From Candidatus Magasanikbacteria bacterium RIFCSPLOWO2_12_FULL_43_12 (lineage in GTDB: Bacteria; Patescibacteriota; Patescibacteriia; Magasanikbacterales; UBA922), in NCBI GenBank assembly GCA_001783065.1, contig MFQN01000003.1:15314-79313 (forward strand): DNA of 64,000 bases, given 5' to 3'. The position numbers were made by a program, and so were the translations under genes. Of the stretch, positions 34,563 through 43,444 are shown piece by piece. Numbering within the stretch: the first letter of the stretch is position 1; the number at the start of each line of letters is the position of its first letter. The notes below the pieces were generated by a model. The model did no database searches and was not told where the DNA came from. It saw only the letters and a program-made list of their open reading frames with translations.

Positions 34563-34610
34563 GTCGGATTTTTGACGAGAATTGTGGGTTTGGTGGGCAT
34601 ACCGGCACAA
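34563..34610. repeat. MPxxPTILVK 5' module, copy 3
   Basis: Reverse strand atgcccaccaaacccacaattctcgtcaaaaatccgac. Confidence 0.65.
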
Positions 34611-34638
34611 TCTTACCGAATTTATTTACTAATCAACC

Positions 34639-36231
34639 TTAATCAAATTCTATATCTGGATTCGTAGATAAATATTTTAATTTCTTCCTCGCTTCCTCTT
34701 CTGCCTGCTTCCAAACACTTTCTTCTATACCAAATCTAAACCACGGAGTGTACCAGCTGTCCGGTAATTTTTTATTAAATTTAACTTTTCCTTCTCGTTC
34801 ATCAAAATATATAATTGGTCCGTAATCAAAAGAAGGGAACACTTCTGAATACAAATCGCTTAGACGCGCCACCCGGCTCAAAAACGGCTCATCTTCCCAC
34901 GGCACAGACTCAAAAGCGGTTATAAGTTTTGCCTTTGTCAACGCCGGCCGATCAAACAATTTAAAATGTTCTCTTAATTCTTCCGTATCTTTGTCGCTAA
35001 TATCTTGCCGCACAATTTTTTTCCAATCATATTTATCCGATAAAATCTGTTCTTCGGTGAGTATCCCGCGATAATCCACGAAATCGCAATCACGCAAATG
35101 GATATATAAATACAATAACTTCTGCAATAACGGCTTCAAACCAAGCGGCCATTTATGCTCGGCAATGGCTTGATTAATATACAAATCATGTTCAGCAACA
35201 TCACGACCATCGCCTTTGGCGAAAGACAAAAATCCCTTAATGAATCCGCCGACTGTTGTTTGGTCTTCACCAACATGAATAAGCTGCGCGCTATAACGCA
35301 AAAGTTCGGAGAAACTACCAGAATTAATAATATAATCAGTTAACAAGGGCCGACCGGCTAAATACTCCTGCAATTCTTTTTCAATCAAGACCCCAAAACA
35401 CAGCGCTTCCCACAGATACCATTCCATGGCTCTGGCCTGCCGCCATTCGTTCAACTCGTTAAAATTACCCAGAGATAAATGCAAAAGTACGATAAACAAC
35501 AGGTGGTCCGCTTCAAACTCAAAAATGTTTTTATCTGCTTGTTTAGCATTAACATATAAAAATTTACCTGCCCAAGTCAATGCTTCTCCATCGTGATTAT
35601 GCACGGCTTGACCCAAAATCCGTAATACCGGCACCCAATCAACAACCGGAACGTCTGGCTCCTTTTCTAAACCAGCAAGTTGTACTGACCCACCCAGCGG
35701 CGAATAATAAAGAAGAGCGGCCGCTATCAACCTAAGCTGTGGTTTTAATTTTTCATATAGCTCCGCCACCACTGTTAGCTGTTGGCTAATTTTTAACTGT
35801 ACCGCGTCCGTTCGACTGAACACTTTGGCAGACATCAATTCTATTCCCTGTTTATCCAATTCCAACAGCGCGCCTAATGCTTTCCATGATTCAATGGTGG
35901 CAGACGCAGTTTGACCGATTACTCCTCTCTGACTACTCTCAAAGACGACTACAGCCTCGTCAATTTTATCACGCAGAATAGCGACTACCTCCCAATTTAT
36001 CTGCTCAAGCATGGCCACAAAAAAAGCATCGCGTTTGTCGGAAACTGGTTGAGAAAAATCAAAACGCGACATCTCTTCTTGTAAATCCGCCAGCCATTGC
36101 CAAACCGATTCGTTTTTCCAAGCAGTGCCAAAAAACTCCTCGGCTGATGATACAGCCAAAATGATACTTCCCAATCTTTTTTGCCACTCAGCTGTCGTGG
36201 CCGGTACAAAATATTGAGGTAACATAGTCAA
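34639..36231 (-). CDS. hypothetical protein (530 aa)
   Basis: Long ORF without recognisable motifs; co-oriented within the T4SS-like cluster. Confidence 0.55.
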   Translation of the reverse strand: MTMLPQYFVPATTAEWQKRLGSIILAVSSAEEFFGTAWKNESVWQWLADLQEEMSRFDFSQPVSDKRDAFFVAMLEQINWEVVAILRDKIDEAVVVFESSQRGVIGQTASATIESWKALGALLELDKQGIELMSAKVFSRTDAVQLKISQQLTVVAELYEKLKPQLRLIAAALLYYSPLGGSVQLAGLEKEPDVPVVDWVPVLRILGQAVHNHDGEALTWAGKFLYVNAKQADKNIFEFEADHLLFIVLLHLSLGNFNELNEWRQARAMEWYLWEALCFGVLIEKELQEYLAGRPLLTDYIINSGSFSELLRYSAQLIHVGEDQTTVGGFIKGFLSFAKGDGRDVAEHDLYINQAIAEHKWPLGLKPLLQKLLYLYIHLRDCDFVDYRGILTEEQILSDKYDWKKIVRQDISDKDTEELREHFKLFDRPALTKAKLITAFESVPWEDEPFLSRVARLSDLYSEVFPSFDYGPIIYFDEREGKVKFNKKLPDSWYTPWFRFGIEESVWKQAEEEARKKLKYLSTNPDIEFD

Positions 36232-36242
36232 TTGCCTAATTA

Positions 36243-39200
36243 TTATTCTCCTCTTCTTTTTCCTTCACTTGCCCTTGCAAGCGAACGCCTTATACGCTCT
36301 GGGTTAAACCGATAGGAAGAATCTTGATTTACCCAAGCCACTAATTCTTCAACATTGTTTATGTTTTCACCGCAAATATTCATATTAAGGTTGCCCTTCA
36401 TACCATCATCAAACGATAAACCGCTTCGCTCGGCAAGTGAACCAAACAGGGCAGCAGGGTTATTCTGTAAAAATGCGGCGTAATTACCACGGAGTCGCTT
36501 TTCGACTTCTTTTTTGCGCTGATCTTTGTCAATAATATGTTTAAAAGTGCTTCTGAAATATGCTGAATCATCGTCGCCTATTTTTGTTCTTCCATTTTCA
36601 TCCTGACGTATTGTCTCTCCAGCGGCCATACCGGCGATGTGATCTTTATTTCTGCCATCAACTTTAGCGAATTCGCGCTGATTAGACAATCCAGCAAATG
36701 TTTCTCTGATTGCGTCATCGCATTCTTCACTCGCTGTATAATCTATTGTTCCAAAATCTTCCTGCATTTGACCTATGCTGTGGGTTTTTAAACGAGATAA
36801 ACGTTGGTCAAGACCCAATTTACGCCACTCGCCCAACACAAACTCCTTGCCTTTGTGGCCCAAGTTACCGCGTAACATTCCTTCATTCATATCATAATAA
36901 GTGTGTCCGCCGTCATCAATGTGGCCAGTGTTCATCGCCAAATTTTTAAAGTCTGCCAACATCTCAAATGCTTCCGTAAATTCATCCATAGACTTCATAA
37001 ATGTCGCAGCGGCCATCTTTGCACCATCCGCCATTCCCGCCACTGGTTCAATAAATTTTTCTGTATAAGCCATAAGTTGTTCAATGCTGGCGTCTACCGC
37101 GGCAGTGGCTCTGACATCACCTTCTCCTGCCTTTTCTATTTGCTCATCTGTTATCATCCCGGCTTCCTTCGCTACCCGCATTCTTGAGAGTTTGTCTGCG
37201 CCAGGACCGACTATGTTTGCATAATTGCTATGTGCTATCTCTGCCAATTGTTTGTTTGCTTCGCCGTAACCTTCGTCTGTACTCTCCATACGCCACAAAA
37301 CAGCTTCTTCAGCTTGCATTTGTTTCCTATCCCCTCCCATGCCAATCAATTTTTGTACTTGCGCGGTTCGATCAGCCCCAGAACGATTATCTTTTGGATC
37401 CCAATGTAACTTGTTAATAAATATTTCTTCCAACGCTTCCGCCTCTTCTCTTTTTTCCCCGGTCAGAGTTTTCTTGCTGGTCGCCATCTTTGCAACCCGA
37501 GCTAATAAATCATCCATCCAGCCATTAGACGTAAGATGTTTGACATGGGCCATCATCTGCGCTTTTTGGTCGGTGGTAATCTCTTTACCTTGTTTTTGCA
37601 ATTTAAAAAATTGACCTAGTGTTCCCATGGCGTTTACCACTGACTGCTCGCGCTCCACCCCCTGCAATCTTTCCGTCTGTTTTTTTACCCAATCTTTAAA
37701 AGCAGAAGCTGGAGTTTTAAAATTATACCTCTCCAATGTGAAAATATCCGTGGCGTGATCAGCCGCTTCAGCTTTATTCGCTCCGGTAATGTCTTTGTTG
37801 TATTCAGCTATCATCTGCGCTTGCGCCATCTTCGCGCCGACATTTGTCAACGACAACGCTTCTAATGACAGTTTTATACCTTTTGCCTGAGCGCCTTCCA
37901 AAGCATCTTTCAATTCTTTCGCTCCTTTTTTGAATAAATCGCCCATTTTTTTATCCTTGATACCGTCAATAAAGGCCTTTGACGCTTCCGCTCCCATCTT
38001 TGAAGCTACCTCGGCTGAGAATAGTGAACCATAACTCTCTAACCCAAGAATAATTTTTTTTGCTTCTGTTTCCGATGCCTCTACTCCGGCACCAACCGCG
38101 GCAGCTTTCTGGGCTGCCTGTAAATAAGCAATGGCAACGTTACTATTCTTGCGTTCTACCTCTTTTCCGTTCGCCATCACCGGTTCGCCATCCTTGCCTA
38201 TCAAGAACCCACTATATAAGTCTTCTTCTATTTCTTCCAGTCGCTTACTAACCTCCGTGTCACGATCGCGTTGGTCCATTATTTCTTTCAATTCCTTACT
38301 AATTGGTGGTTTTTCTTTACTATCACTGTCACGATAATTTTTTATTTCTTTTTCGTCTGCATCCGGTAGTGTACTACCAGCATCCGCCACTACTTTATCC
38401 CAAGCATCACTTGCTTTAATTGTTTTTTCTGTCGCCGCCTTGTAGACATCTCGTTGTTCCGCAATAGTGCGACTGCCGTCTTCCACTCTTTCTGTCTTTT
38501 CTAAATCTGTGGCAATTTGAGCTTTTTTTTCTTCTATGGTCCTTTTTGCGTCTTCAACCGCATTTACCGCCTTCTGCCTTTCGTCTTCCAACTTCTTAGC
38601 TGCCTTTTCCTCCAAAAGTCCTTTGCTGTTGCCTTGAATTTTCACATCCAGATCTTCTATCTTTTTTTCTTCCGCCACCTTCATCTTTCCAAGTTGAGTT
38701 TTGTCCTTGTCAGTCAAAACTCCCTCGGTATCTTTCAACTTTTCACTAATTTTTTCCAATGTTTCTTCCGCTTTATTCTTCTCCTCTTTATCCTCAATCA
38801 TCTCCGTATATTCTCCGCTTTTCTTTAGTATTTTCAATCCTTTTTCCGCAAATTTAATTTCCTCATTTGCTTTATTTAAATTCGTCTGCGCCAATAGCAC
38901 ATCGGTGTCCGTCTTTAATTTTGCGTCAACAACAACCTGTATCTTAGCCTCTGCGGTTCGCAAGATATTTTTTGCGCCAGCCTCTTCTGCCTCTGCCGCT
39001 ACTAAATCACTGCTCTTTCGTCCTTCTCGCGCTTCGTCGCTATCTTTGACAGCTTTCTCCATATCAGGCCTCGCCCTTTCTATAATTTTCTTCCGCTCAC
39101 TGCCTATCAGCGCCTTCCCTTCTTCCTCCCACCTCTGCTGTCTAATCGCAAAACGCGCGGCTTCCCCGGCCAGTGTGGACACCTCTCCTGTGTCTGGATT

Positions 39201-40826
39201 GAAATAGGCTTTGCCGTCTTTATAACGCGGTCCGTGCATTGCTTTTTCTTTTGCCTCTGCCACTCCTTCGGCGTCTCTATGCTTACTCCTTTCCTCATAC
39301 GCTTCTAACTCACCATGTCTGCTGCGAGCGCGATTGCCCCATTGCCCGCTGGATTGCATTTTGCCTAACAAATCTTCTGCATATTCCGCTGTATGTTCCG
39401 CCGCTTTCAGGTGTTTTTTCCTCCTAGCTGTTCCACCAGCCAAAACTCCCACATTCCAACCAAAAAGTTTACGCATACCCCTGCCCATATAATCTTCTTT
39501 AGCCAAGTCACCCTTACCTCCAGCCCCAGTGTACCAGGCATCCTTGGTTCTCGCCCATTTCATCTTTGCGTGTTCGGTCCAAAACTCTCCTCCCAAAGGC
39601 ATGTGCCACAGCGCGCCTTTCCCAGCCAACTTTACTCCGCGTCCTGTCGCCCCAGCCAACCACCTCCCCGCGGCATAACCGGTCGCGATGGTGGCGACTT
39701 TGCCGAAGAAATCTTTAGCCTTGGACGCGACACTGCCGCCGGCAACGTTGAGTTTCTGCACTTCCTGCAAGCCGACGAATAACAATACTATGGCCACCAA
39801 AAAATTCGCCATGTTTTCCCAAGTGGTAACCGCGGATAAAGTTAAAGCGCCGACTGAATCAATGCTCCCTGCCTGCAACATTTGGTCGGTAATGCCGATG
39901 TCGCTACCGAGCGTACCGGAGCCGGCAGTGGCAAAAGCCAGCCACATGAAAAACGAAATTGTTGGCGCGAGCACGACATAATTGGAAAATTCCTTCCACC
40001 ATTCGCCATAGCGATTCGTGGTTTGCGGCAAAGCGATGAATAAAAACGCCAACGGAGATAAAATAATCAAAACCCACAGCACTGTCATCCGCAAAAGCAT
40101 CATTATCGCGTAAGCGCCCATTACCAGCATGGCAAGCAAAGCGAAAAGCATGGCCACAACAGAAGCCACCAGTGTCCGGCCCAACAAATTAAAACTTTCT
40201 CCACCAACGCCAACATCATTTTTCCCGGTGGTGATAGCGTAAATCTTTTCAAAATGAAACATGTTGATCAGATTGCCGCCGGCTGTCGCGGAAATCGCGC
40301 TGGCAAAAGTCAGAGTGAAAACATGCGCCGCGTCAATGAAAAGCTGGCAAATCAAATTACTGAAATTAACAAACACCGCGCTTAAAATAAGTTTGACTAG
40401 AGTCTTATTCCATTGATATTGTTCAATGCCGAGAATGGTGCCAATGGCGATCACCAGCAAAATCACCACAAAAAACATATTGACCACATCGCGTACCATC
40501 AGCCAGCCAAGCTTGACTACCGGAGAATCAATATAGTTGTTGTATTGAGCTAACGCGATAAAAAAGCGCAGGAAAAAAATGCTCATTTTTATAAAAAACT
40601 CACCCAAACCCAGGGCCAGATTCGTAAACATGTCCATTATGCCGCCGGAAATAACCCCCATATCGCCCAAAGCTGGGTTTGCCATTGAAGTGAGCGGGAA
40701 CATCACCGCGCCAATCACCAAAATTACAAACAAAAAACTCAAGCCTGTTTTGCCTTTCCTAAACACAAGCAAACACAAAAATCGTTTCAGGATAAGAAAA
40801 AATTTTCGCTTTAATAAGCTCTTCAT
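36243..40826 (-). CDS. giant VirB6/TrbL-like polytopic membrane protein with a ~1000-aa charged coiled-coil/low-complexity C-terminal extension
   Basis: 1527 aa. The first ~450 aa contain at least 8 hydrophobic helices (FLFVILVIGAVMF, LVAIVLLFVGL, etc.). The remainder is Glu/Lys/Ala-rich and heptad-like (...EEKAAKKLEDERQKAVNAVEDAKRTIEEKKAQIATDLEK...). Confidence 0.65.
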   Translation of the reverse strand: MKSLLKRKFFLILKRFLCLLVFRKGKTGLSFLFVILVIGAVMFPLTSMANPALGDMGVISGGIMDMFTNLALGLGEFFIKMSIFFLRFFIALAQYNNYIDSPVVKLGWLMVRDVVNMFFVVILLVIAIGTILGIEQYQWNKTLVKLILSAVFVNFSNLICQLFIDAAHVFTLTFASAISATAGGNLINMFHFEKIYAITTGKNDVGVGGESFNLLGRTLVASVVAMLFALLAMLVMGAYAIMMLLRMTVLWVLIILSPLAFLFIALPQTTNRYGEWWKEFSNYVVLAPTISFFMWLAFATAGSGTLGSDIGITDQMLQAGSIDSVGALTLSAVTTWENMANFLVAIVLLFVGLQEVQKLNVAGGSVASKAKDFFGKVATIATGYAAGRWLAGATGRGVKLAGKGALWHMPLGGEFWTEHAKMKWARTKDAWYTGAGGKGDLAKEDYMGRGMRKLFGWNVGVLAGGTARRKKHLKAAEHTAEYAEDLLGKMQSSGQWGNRARSRHGELEAYEERSKHRDAEGVAEAKEKAMHGPRYKDGKAYFNPDTGEVSTLAGEAARFAIRQQRWEEEGKALIGSERKKIIERARPDMEKAVKDSDEAREGRKSSDLVAAEAEEAGAKNILRTAEAKIQVVVDAKLKTDTDVLLAQTNLNKANEEIKFAEKGLKILKKSGEYTEMIEDKEEKNKAEETLEKISEKLKDTEGVLTDKDKTQLGKMKVAEEKKIEDLDVKIQGNSKGLLEEKAAKKLEDERQKAVNAVEDAKRTIEEKKAQIATDLEKTERVEDGSRTIAEQRDVYKAATEKTIKASDAWDKVVADAGSTLPDADEKEIKNYRDSDSKEKPPISKELKEIMDQRDRDTEVSKRLEEIEEDLYSGFLIGKDGEPVMANGKEVERKNSNVAIAYLQAAQKAAAVGAGVEASETEAKKIILGLESYGSLFSAEVASKMGAEASKAFIDGIKDKKMGDLFKKGAKELKDALEGAQAKGIKLSLEALSLTNVGAKMAQAQMIAEYNKDITGANKAEAADHATDIFTLERYNFKTPASAFKDWVKKQTERLQGVEREQSVVNAMGTLGQFFKLQKQGKEITTDQKAQMMAHVKHLTSNGWMDDLLARVAKMATSKKTLTGEKREEAEALEEIFINKLHWDPKDNRSGADRTAQVQKLIGMGGDRKQMQAEEAVLWRMESTDEGYGEANKQLAEIAHSNYANIVGPGADKLSRMRVAKEAGMITDEQIEKAGEGDVRATAAVDASIEQLMAYTEKFIEPVAGMADGAKMAAATFMKSMDEFTEAFEMLADFKNLAMNTGHIDDGGHTYYDMNEGMLRGNLGHKGKEFVLGEWRKLGLDQRLSRLKTHSIGQMQEDFGTIDYTASEECDDAIRETFAGLSNQREFAKVDGRNKDHIAGMAAGETIRQDENGRTKIGDDDSAYFRSTFKHIIDKDQRKKEVEKRLRGNYAAFLQNNPAALFGSLAERSGLSFDDGMKGNLNMNICGENINNVEELVAWVNQDSSYRFNPERIRRSLARASEGKRRGE

Positions 40827-40857
40827 GCTGGTTGTTTGAAGACAGCGGTATTATACC

Positions 40858-40965
40858 ATATTTTATGCGCGAAGAGGAGGGGGTGGGGATAACGGCGAGC
40901 AGGATGCAGGATGCACGCAGCATGACACATTTTTGAAAAACAAAAAATCCTCGTTATTATTACGG
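40858..40965. repeat. upstream leader element with GGATGC/GGATAC heptad repeats (gggataacggcgagcaggatgcaggatgcacgcagcatgac...gaaaaacaaaaaa), 5' of the VirB6-like gene
   Basis: Shares ACGGCG.ACAG.ATGCAGGAT.CA and the A-rich tail with 56880-56945 and 58685-58760. Confidence 0.55.
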
Positions 40966-40985
40966 GAATTTTTTTTCTTAAAGTT

Positions 40986-41195
40986 TCACTCTAACCCAGC
41001 CGCGCGTAAAATCGCTTTTAATGTGCCTATCGGCAAATTCTTTGAATGATACGGAACCACAGCTCTTTTCTCTGGTAACGGTTGGTAAAAAACATAATGA
41101 CTGCCTGAAACATGATCCAAAATAAAACCATTTTCTTGCAATAATTTTATTACTTGTTTTGAAGTCAGCCGTGGAGTTTTAGGCATAAGCCACAT
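40986..41195 (-). CDS. hicA: HicA-family toxin
   Basis: 69 aa; ...LTSKQVIKLLQENGFILDHVSGSHYVFY... is the YcfA/HicA signature. Confidence 0.8.
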   Translation of the reverse strand: MWLMPKTPRLTSKQVIKLLQENGFILDHVSGSHYVFYQPLPEKRAVVPYHSKNLPIGTLKAILRAAGLE

Positions 41196-41421
41196 CCAAT
41201 GAGGTAATAAAACTATGTTCGTCGCTTACGACTTCGCCACCATGTTTGCGAACACTCTTAAGATACGAATCAATCGCATCAATCGCCATTTCTTTTGCTT
41301 CAGTCAAAGTGCGGCCGAAAGTAATACAGCCAGCTAAGGCCGGCACAATAACCGTAAAACCGCCCTCAATTTCAGGACGAAAAATTAAATTGTAATGCAA
41401 ATTTTTTTTCATATTTTTCAC
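41179..41421 (-). CDS. hicB: HicB-family antitoxin
   Basis: 80 aa; ...YNLIFRPEIEGGFTVIVPALAGCITFGRTLTEAKEMAIDAI... RNase-H-like HicB fold pattern; overlaps hicA by 17 nt. Confidence 0.8.
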   Translation of the reverse strand: MKNMKKNLHYNLIFRPEIEGGFTVIVPALAGCITFGRTLTEAKEMAIDAIDSYLKSVRKHGGEVVSDEHSFITSLDVAYA

Positions 41422-41479
41422 AATATTATTAACACATATACACTACAGAATTTAATCAAAAAAGTCAATACACACCTTA

Positions 41480-41550
41480 TGCGTCTTATTACACTCCCCC
41501 GTACACCACCACCCAGCTATTCAACACCTGAACGCGAGGAATGATAAAAA
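41480..41550. repeat. ~70-nt duplicated fragment of the 60694..64000 gene (homologous to 60871-60945), intergenic
   Basis: cttatgcgtcttattacactcccccgtacaccaccacccagctattcaacacctgaacgcgagg versus cttatacgtcttatcacactctcccgtacaccacccccaattatccaacacctgaacacgagg. Confidence 0.7.
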
Positions 41551-41672
41551 TAGTATACTAATACTCACTGATGATAATTTGAATAACATTCATATTTTCT
41601 TTTTCTAACAAAAAACCATCTCAATATTAAGACAGTTTTTTGTCTGAAAGAATTTTGTTTGCATAAAATCTT

Positions 41673-41987
41673 TCATTTTAATTTTATCCCCGTTCTTTTA
41701 ATTTCAAAAACCATCGGGTCAGAATCATTTTGAAAATCGCGAACACTAAAGACATGCGCCTCTAATCGCCTGTCAACTGCCATGCCTATTTTTGAATACA
41801 GCGCCAATTTCCTCCAAAAATTAATTTTGCTGTCATCAACAACAACAGCGACGTCTATGTCGCTCCACTTGCCCGCCCGCCCGGAAACACAAGAACCAAA
41901 CAAATAGGCCGCCTTGACTGTCAATCCGTTGTCTTCCAACATTTCCGCGTAATTTTTTACGATCTTTTTTACTTTAGCTTTTGACAT
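41673..41987 (-). CDS. nucleotidyltransferase (MNT-type antitoxin)
   Basis: ...AYLFGSCVSGRAGKWSDIDVAVVVDD... (G-S-x10-D-x-D); 104 aa; overlaps the HEPN partner. Confidence 0.8.
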   Translation of the reverse strand: MSKAKVKKIVKNYAEMLEDNGLTVKAAYLFGSCVSGRAGKWSDIDVAVVVDDSKINFWRKLALYSKIGMAVDRRLEAHVFSVRDFQNDSDPMVFEIKRTGIKLK

Positions 41988-42358
41988 AACATCTCATATA
42001 AGGCGACAATCCGTTTATAATACCCTTCCGTAAAATCTCTCGTGCATACTTGATAAAACTGCAACTTGAAATCGGGATAGCGCGTCGCGATATTAAAATT
42101 GTTCACCTCCTTTAGGAATAATATGTATTCCTCCGACAAATTTAATTTAGCCAAGTCATGCAAACGGACTAGGTCATGAATGCGCGGAGACTGTTTCTTC
42201 GTGATTTTCACGACCAGCGCTTTCAAAATCTTTTCTAAAACTATGTGTCCGAAAAATAAACAGTCTGAATAACGTTTCAACTTTTTTAAACCAAGCATCG
42301 TGTCAAAATCATGCTCAGCTGTCTTTTTCCAATACATGACAACTTCTTTGTAATCCAT
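41969..42358 (-). CDS. HEPN-domain protein (toxin partner)
   Basis: 129 aa all-helical with an Rx4-6H-type motif (...RIHDLVRLHD...); directly upstream of and overlapping the NTase gene. Confidence 0.7.
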   Translation of the reverse strand: MDYKEVVMYWKKTAEHDFDTMLGLKKLKRYSDCLFFGHIVLEKILKALVVKITKKQSPRIHDLVRLHDLAKLNLSEEYILFLKEVNNFNIATRYPDFKLQFYQVCTRDFTEGYYKRIVALYEMLCQKLK

Positions 42359-42366
42359 ATGTTTAC

Positions 42367-42460
42367 ACTATACCAACAAACAACCGTTGTGTCAAAAAAT
42401 CCTGCGCCCTATCCTGTAGCTCGCGCCCACCCTACTTATCCACACCACACCCTTGATAAA
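42367..42460. promoter_or_regulatory. conserved bidirectional promoter module (CTATACCAACAAACAACCGTTGTGTCAAAAAATCC ... CTTATCCACACCNCACCCTTGAYAAAAC), copy 1
   Basis: Both sub-blocks are repeated at 59426-59461 and 59806-59835; they contain a TTGACA/TTGATA -35-like hexamer. Confidence 0.45.
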
Positions 42461-42565
42461 ACTGCGAAAATCGGTCCAAAAAAACCATCAACATGATACA
42501 GACGCTTGCTAAAATCTCAAATATAACATACCATCCCTATAGCTCTTTACAGCGGAAGTTCCGCG

Positions 42566-43090
42566 ATGGATTTTAGAAACTGTCACTTTATGCCAAAAAT
42601 CACTTTGAAAAAAATAAAACCCGCGGATAAAAACCATTTTGCCAAATGGTGGCGGGACAAAACACTGCTTAAACTGACGAGCGGCATTTTAAAACCAATA
42701 TCTGATAAAGAAATAACGAAATATTTTTTTGCTATATTACAAAACAAAAATGACTATCACTTCCTAATCCGCGCGGACAAAAAAGTCATCGGCCACGTCT
42801 CTTTAGTTAAAAGGAATGGCAATCGGTATGAAACTCAAATAATTATTGGCGAAAAAAAATATTGGAATAAAGGCTATGGCGCGAAAGCTATCAAAATCCT
42901 CATGAATAAAGCAAAACGATTGGGTATTCCAAAAATATTTCTTGAAGTCAGACCGACTAACCTGCGGGCTATCAAGGCCTATGAAAAATGCGGCTTTATT
43001 AAATCCGGCGTTAAAAAATATCCAAAAAATAAATTCATGCCGGAAATTTTGAAGATGGAATTTGAAAACACATTGCAAAAAACAAAATAG
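42566..43090 (+). CDS. GNAT-family N-acetyltransferase
   Basis: ...IGHVSLVKRNGNRYETQIIIGEKKYWNKGYGAKAIKILMNKAKRLG...FLEVRPTNLRAIKAYEKCGF... (acetyl-CoA-binding Q/R-x-x-G-x-G/A motif); 174 aa. Confidence 0.85.
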   Translation: MDFRNCHFMPKITLKKIKPADKNHFAKWWRDKTLLKLTSGILKPISDKEITKYFFAILQNKNDYHFLIRADKKVIGHVSLVKRNGNRYETQIIIGEKKYWNKGYGAKAIKILMNKAKRLGIPKIFLEVRPTNLRAIKAYEKCGFIKSGVKKYPKNKFMPEILKMEFENTLQKTK

Positions 43091-43099
43091 TCCTTCTCG

Positions 43100-43400
43100 C
43101 GGTGAACCAGCAATGTTTCAAATTGTGTTTTGCAACCGGCAAAATAAACTGGATCCACACTCATAAACCTCCCAATCTCACTATTGTAATACCTCTGTCC
43201 GGCATAATATAACCCGCTCGCATCAAGCTCATACCCGGTAAACTTCTTATCATTCTCGTAAGCTGTGTATTTATTATCCAACCGGACCGAACCAAACGGG
43301 TAGTAATCCAATACTTCAACCACAAAGCCGTTTTTGTCTGTTTCAACGCTTGAACCGGAGAGGTGGTCGATATGATGGTAGATTAGTTTACCCTATCCGC
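43100..43400 (-). pseudogene. truncated RHS C-terminal-core fragment (orphan remnant)
   Basis: ...VEVLDYYPFGSVRLDNKYTAYENDKKFTGYELDASGLYYAGQRYYNSEIGRFMSVDP is about 90% identical to 48800-49120. Homology ends where it runs into the GNAT gene; no toxin tip or start codon. Confidence 0.6.
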
Positions 43401-43444
43401 TAATGCCTGAGCATGACGATGGCGGGCAAACATCGTCAATTGTA

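Noticed and set aside
36710-39981. Numerous plus-strand ORFs (36710..39981 range) within the VirB6-like gene
   Set aside because: Low-complexity antisense translations (Ser/Phe/Leu-rich) of a repetitive Glu/Lys/Ala-coding region.
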